This document shows, piece after piece, positions 1 to 12,865 of a stretch of DNA of 64,000 bases; the first letter of the stretch is position 1; each line of letters starts with the position of its first letter. The position numbers were made by a program, and so were the translations under genes. The stretch is from Eledone cirrhosa (lineage: Eukaryota). The DNA is taken from the NCBI GenBank assembly GCA_964016885.1, contig OZ024742.1, positions 237,274,001 to 237,338,000 on the forward strand. Reading direction: 5' to 3'. The notes beneath the pieces were generated by a model, which did not search any database, was not told the DNA's origin, and worked only from the letters and a program-made list of their open reading frames with translations.

Positions 1-400
1 CTCTATAAAGTTCAACCATTAATTAATGTATTATCTAAAAAGTTGAAAACTGTATATACCTGGAAAATATCTGTGTTGATGAAGCAATGATTGGGTATAA
101 TGGTAGGGTACATTTCAGATGGTATATGTCAGCTAAACCCACCAAATGGGGCATTAAGGTGTGGGAACTCTGTGAATCGAACAGAGGCTACTGTGCAAAC
201 TTCGATATTTACACAGGGAAAAAACATAACGGACAGAGAAAAAATGGATTGGCATACAATGTTGTGTGGTCTCTGACTGAACCCTTCCACTCTCAACACA
301 GACACACATATTTTGACCATTTTTTTCTTCGGTGCTTCTAGCAGAGGATCTTGCCCTCGAAAATACGTATACCTGTGGGACAATAATGTGTCACACCTGT
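1..400 (+). mobile_element. piggyBac (DDE_Tnp_1_7/PGBD-like) transposase relic
   Basis: VDEAMIGYNGRVHFRWYMSAKPTKWGIKVWELCES..YCANFDIYTGK...YFDHFF motifs; frameshifted. Confidence 0.85.
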
Positions 401-875
401 AATGAACTTATATATTAGGCACATTCTGTTGTGTAAATCTACCCAGTACATTGTGTAAGAGTACATTACCAATATTATTTTGACTGGTAAAAGAATTTTA
501 TACTTTTTTTTTCAATGAAAATATTTGCATAGAATTTAGAAAAGACTAAAACATTGTACCGATTATACTAGAATTTTAAAGTAATTCACTTGTTCGTGAA
601 AAGTGGTATTATTGTTGGAAGTCAATATCTAGGTCATTGTTGGATAATTTTTGTAACAAACCTAACAAGTAAAGCACATAAAGTTTAAATTTTTGTGTTT
701 ATCCCAAAAATTATTACTTATACTTACACCTGTTAATTAATTTCACTTGCCTATAAAAGTCAAATTTAACAAAAAAAATCAGGTAAAAATAGATAATTGT
801 AAATTATTGATATTTAAGCATCTACTGAAAACATTTCCAGTCTTCACATAGAAAATTATCAAAATTACAAACAAA

Positions 876-2080
876 TCATCATCATCATCATCATCACCGT
901 TTTACATCCGTTCTTCCACACTAGCATGGGTTCGACGGGTTGTCCTGTTGTGGGCAGTAGCCGGTTGGCTGACCATGTCTTGCTCATACGGGAACTGATT
1001 CTGGCTTGATTTCTACAGCTGGATGCCCATCCTAGCACCAACCTCATTTACAGTGAGTGCTGGGTGCTTTTTTCCGTGGTGCCTACACGTCCACTTTACA
1101 GTGTGGGCTGGGTGCTTTTTTGCCGTGGCACCTCCATGACCACTTTGTGGCAGTAGCTCCCTGAACTTCTTCCATCTCGTTCTTACCCTAGTTATTGTAC
1201 TTTCCAAACACTCACCTCCGCTGCTAATTCAGCCACCTAGGTAGCAGAAGCTGTCTACTGTTTCTACAGAGCCCTCCCAGAGTTTGGTGGTGCTTGTTTC
1301 CTGTGGCTGTTTGCTTGCTGCTTGCTCTCCCAGCACAGATGCTACATGTGAAGCCTACATTCTTAGTTAAGCTTCCTGAAATCCCACTACATCTCTTGTG
1401 TAACCATTGTTTGTATTTGCGGCAGAGGATGGAGTTCCTACCTACACCATTCCTACATACTGAGCAAGGCCATTTCCCTGGGGGGATCTGTTTTCTCGTC
1501 TACTTACAAGGACCTTAGTCTTTGTCAGGTTGACTTTGAGACCCTTTCTTTCTAGTCCCTTTTTCCATGTTTGGAATTTCTTCTCTAGTTCTACCATAGA
1601 TTCAGCTATAAGTGCGAGGTCATGTGCATACAGGAGTTCCCATGGACATCCGGTCTTAAACTCCTTCGTTATTGCCTGCAAAACTATAATGAACAGGAGA
1701 GGGCTAAGAACAGAGCCCTGGTGGACACCGACCTGTATGCTAAATTCCTAGTTATAGTCATTGCTAATCCTAACTTTGCTAACTGCTCCCCTATACATGG
1801 CTTGTACAGCTTTCACAAGCCATTCATCTACTCCTAGTTTCTAAGAACCCACCAGATTATAGCATGGGGAACTCTGTCAAAGGCTTTCTCCAGATCGACG
1901 AATGCTAGGTAGAGTGGCTTGCTTTTAGCTAGGTACTTTTCCTGTAACTGCCTCACAAGGAAGAGGGCATCAGTGGTGCCTTTTCCTGGCACAAACCCAA
2001 ATTACATCTCATCTAGTTTCACTCGGTCCCTAATCAACTGTGCTATAACTCTTTGTTACTTTCATGACCTGGTCCATATA
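876..2080 (-). mobile_element. RTE LINE (subfamily A) fragment with internal deletion
   Basis: (CAT)n tail at ~876-895; GCPWELLYAxDL RT motif. The 3' UTR is joined directly to RT C-terminal sequence near 1148. Confidence 0.9.
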
Positions 2081-2169
2081 GTTGATAACCCTTGTGAGTA
2101 TGATTAACTCAAAATGATGTAGAGATAAACATGACATTTGACAGAGTAATGCAAATGCTAAAAGCTTAG

Positions 2170-2400
2170 CCCTTTAGCATTTACATAAAACAGTGATGAT
2201 AATGATGATGATTACTCTATATTTACTATTATATTTTCATGGTAAATGCTTTATCTCACATAATATCGAAACTATGAAATTTTGATATTTATTTTGAGAA
2301 CAATACCTTAACATCAGTATGAGTAGCAAGTTATGGCCAATCTGAACAAAAAGAGGTGAGAGACTTCTGGCCAGATATGGCCGGCTTAAATGCTAAAGGG
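2170..2400. mobile_element. TTAA-type (piggyBac-like) MITE family A
   Basis: TIRs CCCTTTAGCATTTA / TAAATGCTAAAGGG; TTAA on the right, TTAG on the left; homologous copies at 26625 and 55909. Confidence 0.8.
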
Positions 2401-2519
2401 TTAAGCAGCTTGCTTTACCAGGGGCTACCTCATGATACACTAAGTGGGAAGTCCTGATATTCAACAATAAAGAAATACAGGGCAGAGAAGACTTTTATTT
2501 TCTTGTGAGTACATGACAG

Positions 2520-2892
2520 TTCCTCTAGTGTTGGTGACTCAAGAAAATGCTCCAAGAATACTCTGAAAAGCGCTGGTGTTACGATAAAATGCACCCAATG
2601 TACTCTCCATGGTGTTCATACTGGTGACAATAAAATGCTTACTGTACACTCTGTAATGTGTTAAGGCTGCTGCTAAAATGCATCCAGTAGTCTCTGTATG
2701 ATGGTAGTACTCAGTGCCACCCAGTAAAGTGCCATGTGGTTGGCATTAAAAAGGCACCCACTCATAGAAACCAAACCAAATATAGAATGTATGAGCAAGG
2801 CAAGATTCTCCAAACAGTTTTATCTTTGACCATGACAACCTGTCCAACCCATACCAGCATGGAAAACAGATGTGAATTAAATAATGATGATA
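2520..2892 (+). mobile_element. Non-autonomous RTE-3'-UTR-derived repeat
   Basis: Reiterated GGTG..AAAATGCACCCAGTACAC units, then CCCAT..AGCATGGAAA and a (TGA)n tail. Similar copies at ~4340, 19620, 20780, 23880, 25020, 26180, 28770, 60440 and 62380. Confidence 0.6.
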
Positions 2893-3728
2893 ACAGAGTG
2901 TCATTTTGAATAATTGACAATTTTTATCATTGTAGAATTGTAACTATGGGCACTTTATTGCAAAATAATCAATAGTAACATAGTCATTATCATCAATTCT
3001 TAATCATTAATATTAGCAATCATTAAAAATAAATTTGAGAAACCTACATATAAACAGAAAAGTATGAAAACACACACACTTAGATTGTGGCCTGAGACTA
3101 AAGTACGAAAGTTTGAAAAATATTTTAATTAATTTAACCTTCAGTTGAACTGAATTGATTTAACACTTTCGATATATTTCTAAGAGACATTGAAAAACTT
3201 CATTTTTATATTTGCTTTGCAAGATTCTAGATGTGAAATCGTGTGTTAAAATAGATATTGTTATACTTTGGGAGGGTCATGCTACCAACAAAAACACAGG
3301 CACCATTAAACTTTCACTTCCATTTTATTATTAGTTAGGTAACTAGGCCAGTGAATTAGCAGTGTTAGTAAAATGTAAAACAAAATGATTTATGGTATTC
3401 ACAAACTCTATGTTTCATTCTGCCTTTCATCCCACAGGAGTCAATAACATACCAGTTAAGTATTGGGGTTGATATTACCAACTTTCCCCTTCCCCAAAAT
3501 TGCTGGCCTTGTTAAGAATAATTATTAATTAGGTAACTAATCTATTCCTTGGTTAGTTTTGTCATGCTTTCTGCGACCTCCTCAATGACTGTTCTTGCTC
3601 CTCTGTGTCTCCTTTTCATTTCAATTTTGTTTTATTTACTCCATTAAAAATCATAACTTTCTAATTGTTTTGAAAATAATCAAGAATTTGAAAGGACTTA
3701 ATAATATAACTAATGTTCTTGTTATTAA

Positions 3729-3955
3729 CCCTTTTATGACTGCATTCCTAATGAAATCCACTTTATTTCAATTAATTAATGAAGAATTTTGAGGGATTTA
3801 CCAACATTATTATTTCATTACTAAGATAATAACTTAACATATGGTGTCTTATATAAAATTATGCTGGAAGATCTAATCTAAATAGAAAACTTTTAAATGG
3901 CTGGTATTGTTTCATAGATCAAGAGCTGGTTTTGGCCAAATTGGTAATGAAAGGG
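3729..3955. mobile_element. TTAA-type MITE family B
   Basis: TTAA-CCCTTT...AAAGGG-TTAA; related copies at 9108, 22730, ~25270, ~26485 and ~55330. Confidence 0.75.
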
Positions 3956-4703
3956 TTAAACTGGTATCTGTAACATAACTTATCACAGGTTCTTCCATAA
4001 GATCATGATGGACATTTTAGAGAAAACAAACGGTTTTGTATCATAGAACCAGAGGTGGCTTCAGGTAGTTTGGTATCAAAAGTGTTAAGTGATACAAAAT
4101 ATGTTTGTCTCCATAATAAATTCAATCTGGGAACATTTGTGAAGCAAAATCTGGATAAAAACCATCATATGACTAATCTACTGGACCTACAAAACCTTAT
4201 TGGTGACTCAAGGACTCAACAAAGAACTACTATCATCATCATCAGTACCATAAATGGTTGGATATATTGTCACAGTATGTGACTAAATGGGTTAAAATGA
4301 CTTCATGTTAGTCCTACATTCCATATTTAGCATAGTTTTAATAGCTGCATGCACTTTATCATGGCACCAGTAGTAACATTTTACAGAGTGTACTGGCTGC
4401 ATTTTCTTGACACCAGCAATACTACTTTATTGAGTGTATTGGGTGCATTTTATGGTGTCACAAACACAAAAGAGGTTGCAAAATGTCCAGCCAGACTAGT
4501 GAGCCCTCTCTACTTTATATTGTTTCTGCTTGATCACCAACCATTTTACAGAATGTATTGTATATAAAACAAGGGTGCAACTTATCTACCGGCATGATAT
4601 AAACATGAGTATACATGTACAGGAGGGAAGGTTGTGCTTGTATAGACATGTAATGCATTTGGGTGATGACTGATGGATGAAAGAGTGCCAAGAGTTTCAA
4701 GGG

Positions 4704-5490
4704 AAAATGTACACAATGCAGATCTTGGATACACAAGGGATGTAGTGGGATAGCAAGCAAACTAACAGGTAGGGAGAAATACGTATGCAGTAGATATACA
4801 GGGAAATTTGACAGTAGAAGTCGCATCGATAGACACATTTTTCAAATGCAGGTGGGTGCTATAGAAGTGGTTGATAGCTTCCGGTACCTAGGTGATCAGA
4901 TTAGCATGGGAGGGGGGGGGGGGGGGGGTTCCGCAGCCATAGTATCTAGAATAAGGACAGTTTGGAAGATGTTTAGGGAGCTGCTTCCTCTGCTGACAAA
5001 GAAGGGTTTCTCCATGCGTACGAAAGGCCAGTTATATGATACATGTGTGAGGAGCGCAATGCTGCATGGTAGTGAGATATGGGCAGCAACTGCAGAGGAT
5101 ATGCGACGGCTGGAGAGAAATAAGGCAAGCTTGCTCCGTTGGATGTGGAATGTCAATGTGCGTGACGACCAAGCATGGATGTGTTGAGAGAGAAACTGTG
5201 TCTGAAGGGGATAATTGTAGTGTGCGGGAGAGGAGACTGCGATGGTATGGACATGTGATGTGCATGGGGGATGACCGATGGGAGAAGTGCCAAGAAATGC
5301 CAGTTGAAGGAAGACATAGTAGAGGAAGACCACAAAAAACATGGGTGGAGGTGGTGAGAACAGACCTCAGATCGCTGAAGCTCACGGTAGAGATGATGAA
5401 GGACCGTGACAAGTGGATAGATGCTGAGCTGAATAGGACCCATCGCACCATTCCAAGTAGGGAAAAGCGGACGTAAAATGATGATGATGA
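4704..5490 (+). mobile_element. RTE LINE (subfamily B) 3' fragment
   Basis: DSFRYLGD, MLHGSEIW and RRLRWYGHV motifs; (TGA)n tail. Confidence 0.9.
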
Positions 5491-5801
5491 TGTGGTTGGG
5501 GAAAACCAAGAAGTATGTCAACAGAAGTGATGAAAGCTGATCTCAGGAAAGTGAAGCTCACAAAAGAGAAGATGACAAAGAAAAGAAATAAGTAGATAGA
5601 AGAAGACATGTCTAACCCATGCAGGCACTGAAAAAAGTCGTAAAAACAATGATAATGATGAGGATGATGGTGGTGGTGGTGATGTTGATGATGCTAGTGG
5701 TGATGATGATGATGCTAATGGTGATGATAATATATATAGAGTATTATAAAATGGATATAGAATATAACAAAATAGGTAGATAAGTAATGAGAAATACTTA
5801 C

Positions 5802-5909
5802 AGTGAGAACACAACCACTTATAGTTGGGGAGGAAATCAAATTTAGGAAATGGTCTGTCACAGCTTGATGTTTTTCAGAAACCATTAACTCTGCAAGTTC
5901 CATTGCCAC
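5802..5909 (-). CDS. STK36: STK36-like exon, VAMELAELMVSEKHQAVTDHFLNLISSPTISGCVLT
   Basis: Acceptor TTATACTTTAG, donor GTAAGT; 108 nt, phase 0 to 0. Resembles recalled human VCWHLANQL...LISGLQHPILCLHLLK. Confidence 0.8.
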
Positions 5910-6733
5910 CTAAAGTATAACAATATATATATATGTATGTAAAAGGTAAACAAAAATAACACAATCGGTACAGTATATGGAAGGTATATATTAGGTTAAC
6001 GTTTGATATACATTTTATAATTAATAATTTACAAAACCAATCATTATTTTTAACATTGCCACAAGGCCAGCAATTTTGAGGAAATGGAAAATCAATTATA
6101 TTGACCCCCCTTACTTGTTCTGATTATCATTTCTTTTCTGATTATTGATGACAAAAACCAAGCTAATTCAGCAAATGAAAAAGCATGCTGTACTCATTGC
6201 CTTAAAGCCAGAGCCTATAGATTGCTTGCTTCCTGAAAATTGTGTGGGTATTCAATAGTAATAGCCAAACGTCAAACACCTGCTAAGGGTCCTAATACCA
6301 TCAGAACAACCAAATTTGCATGAAACGTGCAGAAATTATGGATGAGAATCCCAGAAAATCAATTAGCAACATTTTTAAGGTACTCAAGGTTTCAAGGAGC
6401 ACTATTGGAAGAATTGAGAATGAGGACCTTCTTTCATACAAGTCATATATGATGCAAAAGGCCAATTCATGTCTGCAAAGACAAGGCAACCGTCTGAACC
6501 ACATAAAGTACTTGTTGAGCAGGCTGAAATATCAAAAGCCTGGAATGTTTTGATGAGAAAAACTTTGACCGGGACTAAAAGGTCAACCGAGGGAATGACA
6601 AATGGTTATGCAGTGACCCTAAAGATATTCTAACAGTCGTGCATACAAAGTTTCCGGCAACTATGATGATTCTGTGAGTTGTGAACAATGAGGAAGATGT
6701 CATGACCCCTCATTTTTTCCTCATGGATTAAGG

Positions 6734-7907
6734 TTAAGCAATAATATATGTTGGTGATAATAGCATAAATGTTATTAAATTGTAGTATCAAGAAATGTAA
6801 CATTTTGTTAAGTGTGAGGCAATGTTAGCCGAAAGTGAATGTTGTTAGTAGTAAATGTGAATATTGTTAGTAGTAAATGTTGTTAGTAGTAAATGTGAAT
6901 GTTGTTAGTAGTAAATGTTGTTAGTAGTAAATGTGAATGTTGTTAGTAGTAAATGTTGTTAGTAGTAAATGTGAATGTTGTTAGTAGTAAATGTGAATAT
7001 TGTTAGCAGTAAAAGTGAATGTTGTTAGTAGTAAATGTGAATGTTGTTAGTAGTAAATGTTGTTAGTAGTAAATGTGAATGTTGTTAGTAGTAAATGTGA
7101 ATGTTGTTAGTAGTAAAAGTGAATGTTGTTAGTAGTAAATGTTGTTAGTAGTAAATGTGAATGTTGTTAGTAGTAAATGTGAATGTTGTTAGTAGTAAAT
7201 GTGAATGTTGTTAGTAGTAAATGTGAATGTTGTTAGTAGTAAATGTGAATGTTGTTAGTAGTAAATGTGAATGTTGTTAGTAGTAAATGTGAATGTTGTT
7301 GGTAGTAAATGTGAATGTTGTTAGTAGTAAATGTGAATGTTGTTAGTAGTAAAAGTGAATGTTGTTAGTAGTAAAAGTGAATATTGTTAGTAGTAAAAGT
7401 GAATGTAATGTAGAAGTTGTTCGATTGTAGGGTTGTCACCATGAAAGAAGAGAATTTGTTGTTGTAGTGATAAGACCTTGGGAAAAGATTTTTTTCCCAT
7501 ATCATGTCCAAGGTGACGGTAGTGGTAAAAGTATTATAACACTTTATAATATTTTACATAATTTATTTAAAAACCGAAAGGATTACAAAAGTTGAGCTGG
7601 CATGCCAAACAATGTGAACAAACAAATTAAGAGTTATATGTTAAGAAGGCACGGTCGCTAGCTGACGTGTCACCGACCAGGCCGAAGTTGAGTTTTACCG
7701 TTACATATTGGCTAGTGGTTGAACAACAAAGAAAAATGGATGTTTACCTTCCGATGTCAAAGCAGCAACTGGTTTTTAGTGAAAACAAAAGCACAAAAAT
7801 CTTTGGGCAGAAGTTGATATTCCTGCGCGACTCATGATTGATCAACCAGTGACCAAATCACGCATGAATAGATTATTGTTACACACCATGAAAATAACTC
7901 CGCTACA
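6734..7907. mobile_element. Unclassified non-coding insertion with AAGG target duplication (possible solo LTR)
   Basis: Removing it restores GGA TTA AGG GTC AAT (GLRVN) in the transposase. AAGG occurs at 6730-6733 and 7908-7911; the insertion ends ...GCTACA. Confidence 0.6.
6835..7405. repeat. Minisatellite, 22-bp unit GTTGTTAGTAGTAAATGTGAAT with 16-bp variants
   Basis: Head-to-tail units read directly, no spacers. Confidence 0.95.
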
Positions 7908-8933
7908 AAGGGTCAATACTGTTGACTATAAGGAAGTGTTGCAGAGGGTTGTGAAGCCTTGGATAGAGAGTGAGAGCAAAGGAAAACCATACATTTACCA
8001 ATAAAACTTTGTGCCATCTCATAAGGTCAAGATGATCCAAGAATGGATGAGTTACAATCTCCATGATCACATCACCCCCAAACATATGACCTCCTAGCTC
8101 TCCCACCTGAATCCTGTGGACTGCTATGTTTGAGGAATAAATCAATATGAAGTCTGTCATAACTAACACTATGTCCAAAATAGACAGAGTGTCTGATTCA
8201 GGCATGTCAACATCTCAGACCTCGTATTGAAGCAGTCATGCTAACAGTGCATTCATTGAGTAGATGCATCAAGAAGCATCTCAAGATTATTCATTCCAAT
8301 CTTTTCTCAAATAAAGCTCTTTTTCATGATTTATGCATATTTTACTAAGTTCATGAAAATGTACTCAAAGAACTGAGCAGCCCTGTATTTTATTGACTCC
8401 AGAAGGATGAGAGGCAAAGTTGACAGGATTTGAATTCAGAATCTAAAACACCAGAACAAATACTACAAATGCTCTCCCAATTCAGCCAATCTACCACCCT
8501 AATTTATATGATAATGATGAATTCTCCATCAGTTTCAATGATAAGCATTCAGTTGTTTGATCAACTGAGTGTTGAACACATGAATCAAAATGTATGTGGA
8601 TGAATCTTCCGCAAACACGTGTACTCTTAACCTAATTTTCAGCCAGAATCTACATGACACAATATGTGAGAAGGTTGGACTTTAAATTACATGTGCAATC
8701 TATCCAATGGGTCTTCACACAGTTTCCATTTACCCAATATCACTCATAAGGAGTGCCTGTATTGGAGTCAACTCTGTTGCAAGCATTCAAATAAAGCCTC
8801 CAGTTTGCAGATACCTCCTTCCTTCATGCTACTAGTCTCAAAGGTCCAGGAAAGAGTCCTGACCGCTGACCTTCTTTTCCTCACTAAAGACAGTAAAAGA
8901 AAGATGACAATGTTATAATAAAGTAGTACTTAC

Positions 8934-9055
8934 CCTCCTCTTACTCTGATCTTCAGGAGAATTAGCAAGGGATAGATGAACCATGAGTGACAGGCAAACT
9001 ACACAAAGATAGGCTTCATTTTCACCATTTTCATGTGAAGTACCTTCAGGTTTTT
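8934..9055 (-). CDS. STK36: STK36-like exon, (K)KPEGTSHENGENEAYLCVVCLSLMVHLSLANSPEDQSKRR
   Basis: Acceptor TTTTCTAATATTTCAAG, donor GTAAGT; 122 nt, phase 1 to 0, in frame with both neighbouring exons. Confidence 0.8.
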
Positions 9056-9107
9056 CTTGAAATATTAGAAAACAAAAACAATTATCAATAATCTATTTTA
9101 TAATTAA

Positions 9108-9321
9108 CTCTTTTCATACCAGCCTGATCAAAAGCAGCTCTGGTTCTATGGATCAAAACCACCCACTATAATGGGTTCTTATTTAAATTAAATCTTCCAC
9201 CATAATTTTATATAAGAACCATATGTTAAATTGTAAAATAAATGATAATTTCAGTAAAATCCTCAAAATTCTTCATTAATTGAAATAGAGTGTATTTCAT
9301 TAAAAATTCAGTCACAAAACG
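9108..9321. mobile_element. MITE family B copy
   Basis: TTAA-flanked; reverse orientation relative to the 3729 copy. Confidence 0.65.
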
Positions 9322-9529
9322 TTAAGTTTCATGAAAATGAATTGTAAGATATGACAACTTCTCTGCACTTGATATGACTGTACATAAGTGGAATACATAA
9401 CCCTTACCCCATTCTGTGAGGTCAGTAGCCCCACATCAATCCTGACTTAGTCTATCTAGACCCATCCAACCCTTGCTAGCAGGGTAAGTGGACATTAAAT
9501 GATGATAATGATGATTTATATATTATATA

Positions 9530-10465
9530 TATTAAATGGAAACCTTAGTTATGTTAGCTACTTCTTCAATCACCCTAGGAATGTAATGAAGGCCATTAAT
9601 CAATAGTGTAGCACAGAGGATCTCTCGACTTTCAATTAATAGGGATATCTTCAATAACAAAGCTAGTTACAACAATGACGCATTAGCTAGAGCTGGAGAT
9701 GGATACTACAATAAAATAAAATTCATAGGAAGCGATAGAATTAATGACACACGCATACATAAACAAACTCATAATACAAACACTAGTTGGAACATGCTAA
9801 CAGAAAATAAACCCAGAGGTATCCAAAGCAAACATAATAGAAATAGAACAAACTCAGCATGTCCTAAATATAGTATCAATACTACCACGAGATTAACGAG
9901 GCGGCATACAAATAAACAAGCCCAGGGACACAGAAACCCCACCACGAATAGCTACAATACTAAATCTAACTCCCCACCCCATGGCACACAACAGACAGAC
10001 ATATAATAGAAACATAACACACGATAACAACAATGACATGAACTGTAACTGCCAAATTCCAGCCAACTGCCCTATGCAGAATAAATGCCTCCATAGAAAC
10101 ATAGTATATGAATGTAGAGGTACTACTAGGTACGAAACATATAACTACATCGGAGTAACATCGACTAGTTTTAAGGATAGGTGGTACAATCATTGCCACT
10201 CATTTAACCAGATAGATGAAAGATGACGCACGGCACTATCCAAACTCATATGGAAGCTAAAACAGAACTGTGTACATTACTTGTCTTGGCACATGCTCAC
10301 AAAAGTATTTATGCATAAGTGAATCTTTTTCACATGGCTGTGATCTTTGCACAACGGAAACTCTACACATTATCAATAGGGGAGACCAGGTGATTAACAA
10401 AGGCTCTGATCAATCTAATACTTGTATACATAAAATAGACTTTCCTTTCTTGGGCAGAGAAAAGT
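9530..10465 (+). mobile_element. Penelope-like element 3' fragment (RT thumb plus GIY-YIG)
   Basis: NHP..VMKA..RISRLS.N.DIF; CNC..CP..KCL..NIVYEC...YIGVT..SFKDRWYNH; CDLC. Confidence 0.85.
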
Positions 10466-10467
10466 GA

Positions 10468-11805
10468 CTTGCATAACATGTCAAATTATAGGGGCATATC
10501 CAAGCTGTACAACCGATTACTACTAAATAGAATAAGGGGAAGCCTCGAAAGTGACATTGGCAACACTCAAAGTGAGTTTAGACCATTTCACAGCTGCACT
10601 GAACAAATACATACTTTAAAACATTTACTTGAAATGGATGAAGAATGGTACCCTCCGTAGTTGCTGCATTCATCGATTTCTGAAAGGCTTTTGACTGTGT
10701 GAACAGAACTGCAATCTTAAAAATCTTGTGAGGCACCAGCCTCCTAGAAAAAATCATTGCCATAATTGAATACCTATACATTAATCAAATGGCTGGAGTA
10801 AGTATCAATGGAAAACAATCTCCCAAATTTAATATAACGAAAGATACTTTAGCACCGTATATATTTGTCACGTTATCGACCACATTCTAAATCCAGAAGC
10901 CCATCCCGAAGACGGCACTAAGCTCACATATCAATTGATCAAACCTGGCATTCACAGATGACATTGTTTTAATTACACCTCAACACAGAAAGCACAAGAT
11001 CATTTAAATCACATAACATACGAAGCACAAACTGTTGGCCTGGAACTAAATGTCACAAAAATTGAGTACGTGTGTTTAAATGTTGATAACGATAATGGAA
11101 CATTTGCAGAATAATGCTAAACTCAGAAGAACCGCTAGCTTTATCTACTTAGGCTTAAACGTTGTCAGCTCTAATCGCACTGGTGAGGAAGACATACTTC
11201 AAGAAGAGCCTATAAGGCAATGAATGATCTTCGACAGATTTGGAACGCGACCATCATTATTCATCTGAAGTTACGGATGTATAATACACTATGTCTGCCA
11301 GTATTTCTTTATGGCTGCGAGACACGGATTGTGCATTCACAAAAACAAAAATGAGGAGTGAACACATTTCACACAAATTGTCTTCGCATTATTTGTGGTG
11401 TAACATACCAAGATCACATAATAAATGCAGAAATTTTCACATGCACAGAGCAGTCACATCTCTATGCTCAGGTTCGAAACCAGCGATTGACATGGATTGG
11501 TCATCAAATCCGGCATCCAATTAGTAACTTCCATGCTGAGTGTCTTCTGATACATCAACTACAAGGAGGTCGCCACAAGAGACAGAGACCGAAGACCACA
11601 TTCCAAAGAATAGTCACAAAAGAACTGAATGCAAATGTCACTGATTCGGAAAAATGCCAATGATAAAAAAACTTGGGCAGCTTTCATTTTATATCCCTCA
11701 TGACATTATGACATTATTTTAATATGTTTTATATGTATGTGCACATATTTCTGTGTACTATTATTTCATTTGAAATAATAAATATTGATTGATTGATTGA
11801 TTGAT
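10468..11805 (+). mobile_element. Degenerate RTE-like LINE (distinct family) with (TTGA)n tail
   Basis: NYRGIS, FIDF.KAFD, AF.DDI, YGCET and RL.WIGH motifs; AATAAA followed by (TTGA)n. Confidence 0.8.
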
Positions 11806-11809
11806 GCAT

Positions 11810-12749
11810 AAAATATCAAAATCTTTCCTGGGATTATATTGTTAGCACATTCCGTAGACATTAACCTTCACCTAAACCTGAACATAATCACTAAACCTAT
11901 ATATTCAGAGCATAATTACATAGTTACAGATGAATCTCCTTCTCTCATAACACATAGCCTGGAAATATAAATACATAGCCTTAAGATAAAACAAATAAAT
12001 AAGTAGATTATTCGAACCAATTCTTTAACATATATGAACTGGAGTGACTGACCACTCTGGTAATTTGATACTTAACCTATTTACCATCCCAAGAATGTCA
12101 GCAAGAATAGCGCCTCCTGCATCCTATCTGCCTACTATAATAACAATCCGAATCATATAACTACTGGAGGGGAATGCCAACACAATGCTAACCCCAGTAG
12201 CATATCAAAAACAAAAACATCACAACTTTCAACTTGTCTGAAGAGAACACATCAAAGGGCTATTATGCAACCACTCTTTAGTATAAAATATTGTATTAGG
12301 GAAAACAACAGGCAAGGAGTGGGGAGAAATTTGAAGAGAGATTTATTTGATTAATTAATCTAACATGTGTTTCATTGCCAATTGCATAATCATCTATGAG
12401 AGCTGCACAGGAATATTTTTTTCTATTCGCTCACTCACATTATGTTTGTAAATAATTATGCATTTGGTAATGAAACACATGTTAGATTATCTAATCAAAT
12501 GTCCCAAGGCTCAGATACCATCAACACTATAAACACAGAGCTGGCATATCTAAGAACTGACTAATTGCCTGATGAGGTCATAGCCATTCAATGGCTATCA
12601 TCGAAATATATATAGCAGTAAATAAAGGATTATGAGTTCATGCAATTGACTTATGTTTCGTCACTATTATAACTCCGGAACTTATATCTTCATTGAGTGC
12701 TCCCTATCCGCATACTGAAGTACTGGATTTTACCAACACTTACTTTCTT

Positions 12750-12752
<3 letters not shown>
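11810..12752 (+). mobile_element. Probable PLE 3' end / pLTR remnant
   Basis: Contains a hammerhead motif and ends at (TA)n; coding similarity is weak. Confidence 0.5.
12564..12619 (+). ncRNA. Type I minimal hammerhead ribozyme
   Basis: ATTGC-CTGATGA-stem II (ATAGCCATT/AATGGCTAT)-GAAA-TATATATA-GCAGT. Confidence 0.75.
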
Positions 12753-12794
<42 letters not shown>

Positions 12795-12815
12795 GTGACA
12801 ACAGTGATATGTACT

Positions 12816-12865
12816 ACAGGTGCTTAAGTTTCGTTGGGTCATATATCCCAACTCATTCAGCCTGT
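12816..12865 (-). ncRNA. Hammerhead-like ribozyme with CUGAAUGA core
   Basis: ACAGG-CTGAATGA-GTTGGG..CCCAAC-GAAAC-TTAA-GCA-CCTGT. Confidence 0.6.

Larger units (their letters stand above)
6170..8385 (+). mobile_element. Tc1/mariner (maT/DD37D-like) transposon relic interrupted by a 1.17-kb insertion
   Basis: DEKNFD..KVN..ND.W, TKFPATMMI, PHFF..GLR|VN..DY.EVL..VVKPW and HLNPVDC motifs; ends CCCTG-TA. Confidence 0.8.

Noticed and set aside
6835-7405. CRISPR-like array
   Set aside because: Units are head-to-tail with no unique spacers, and the context is eukaryotic.
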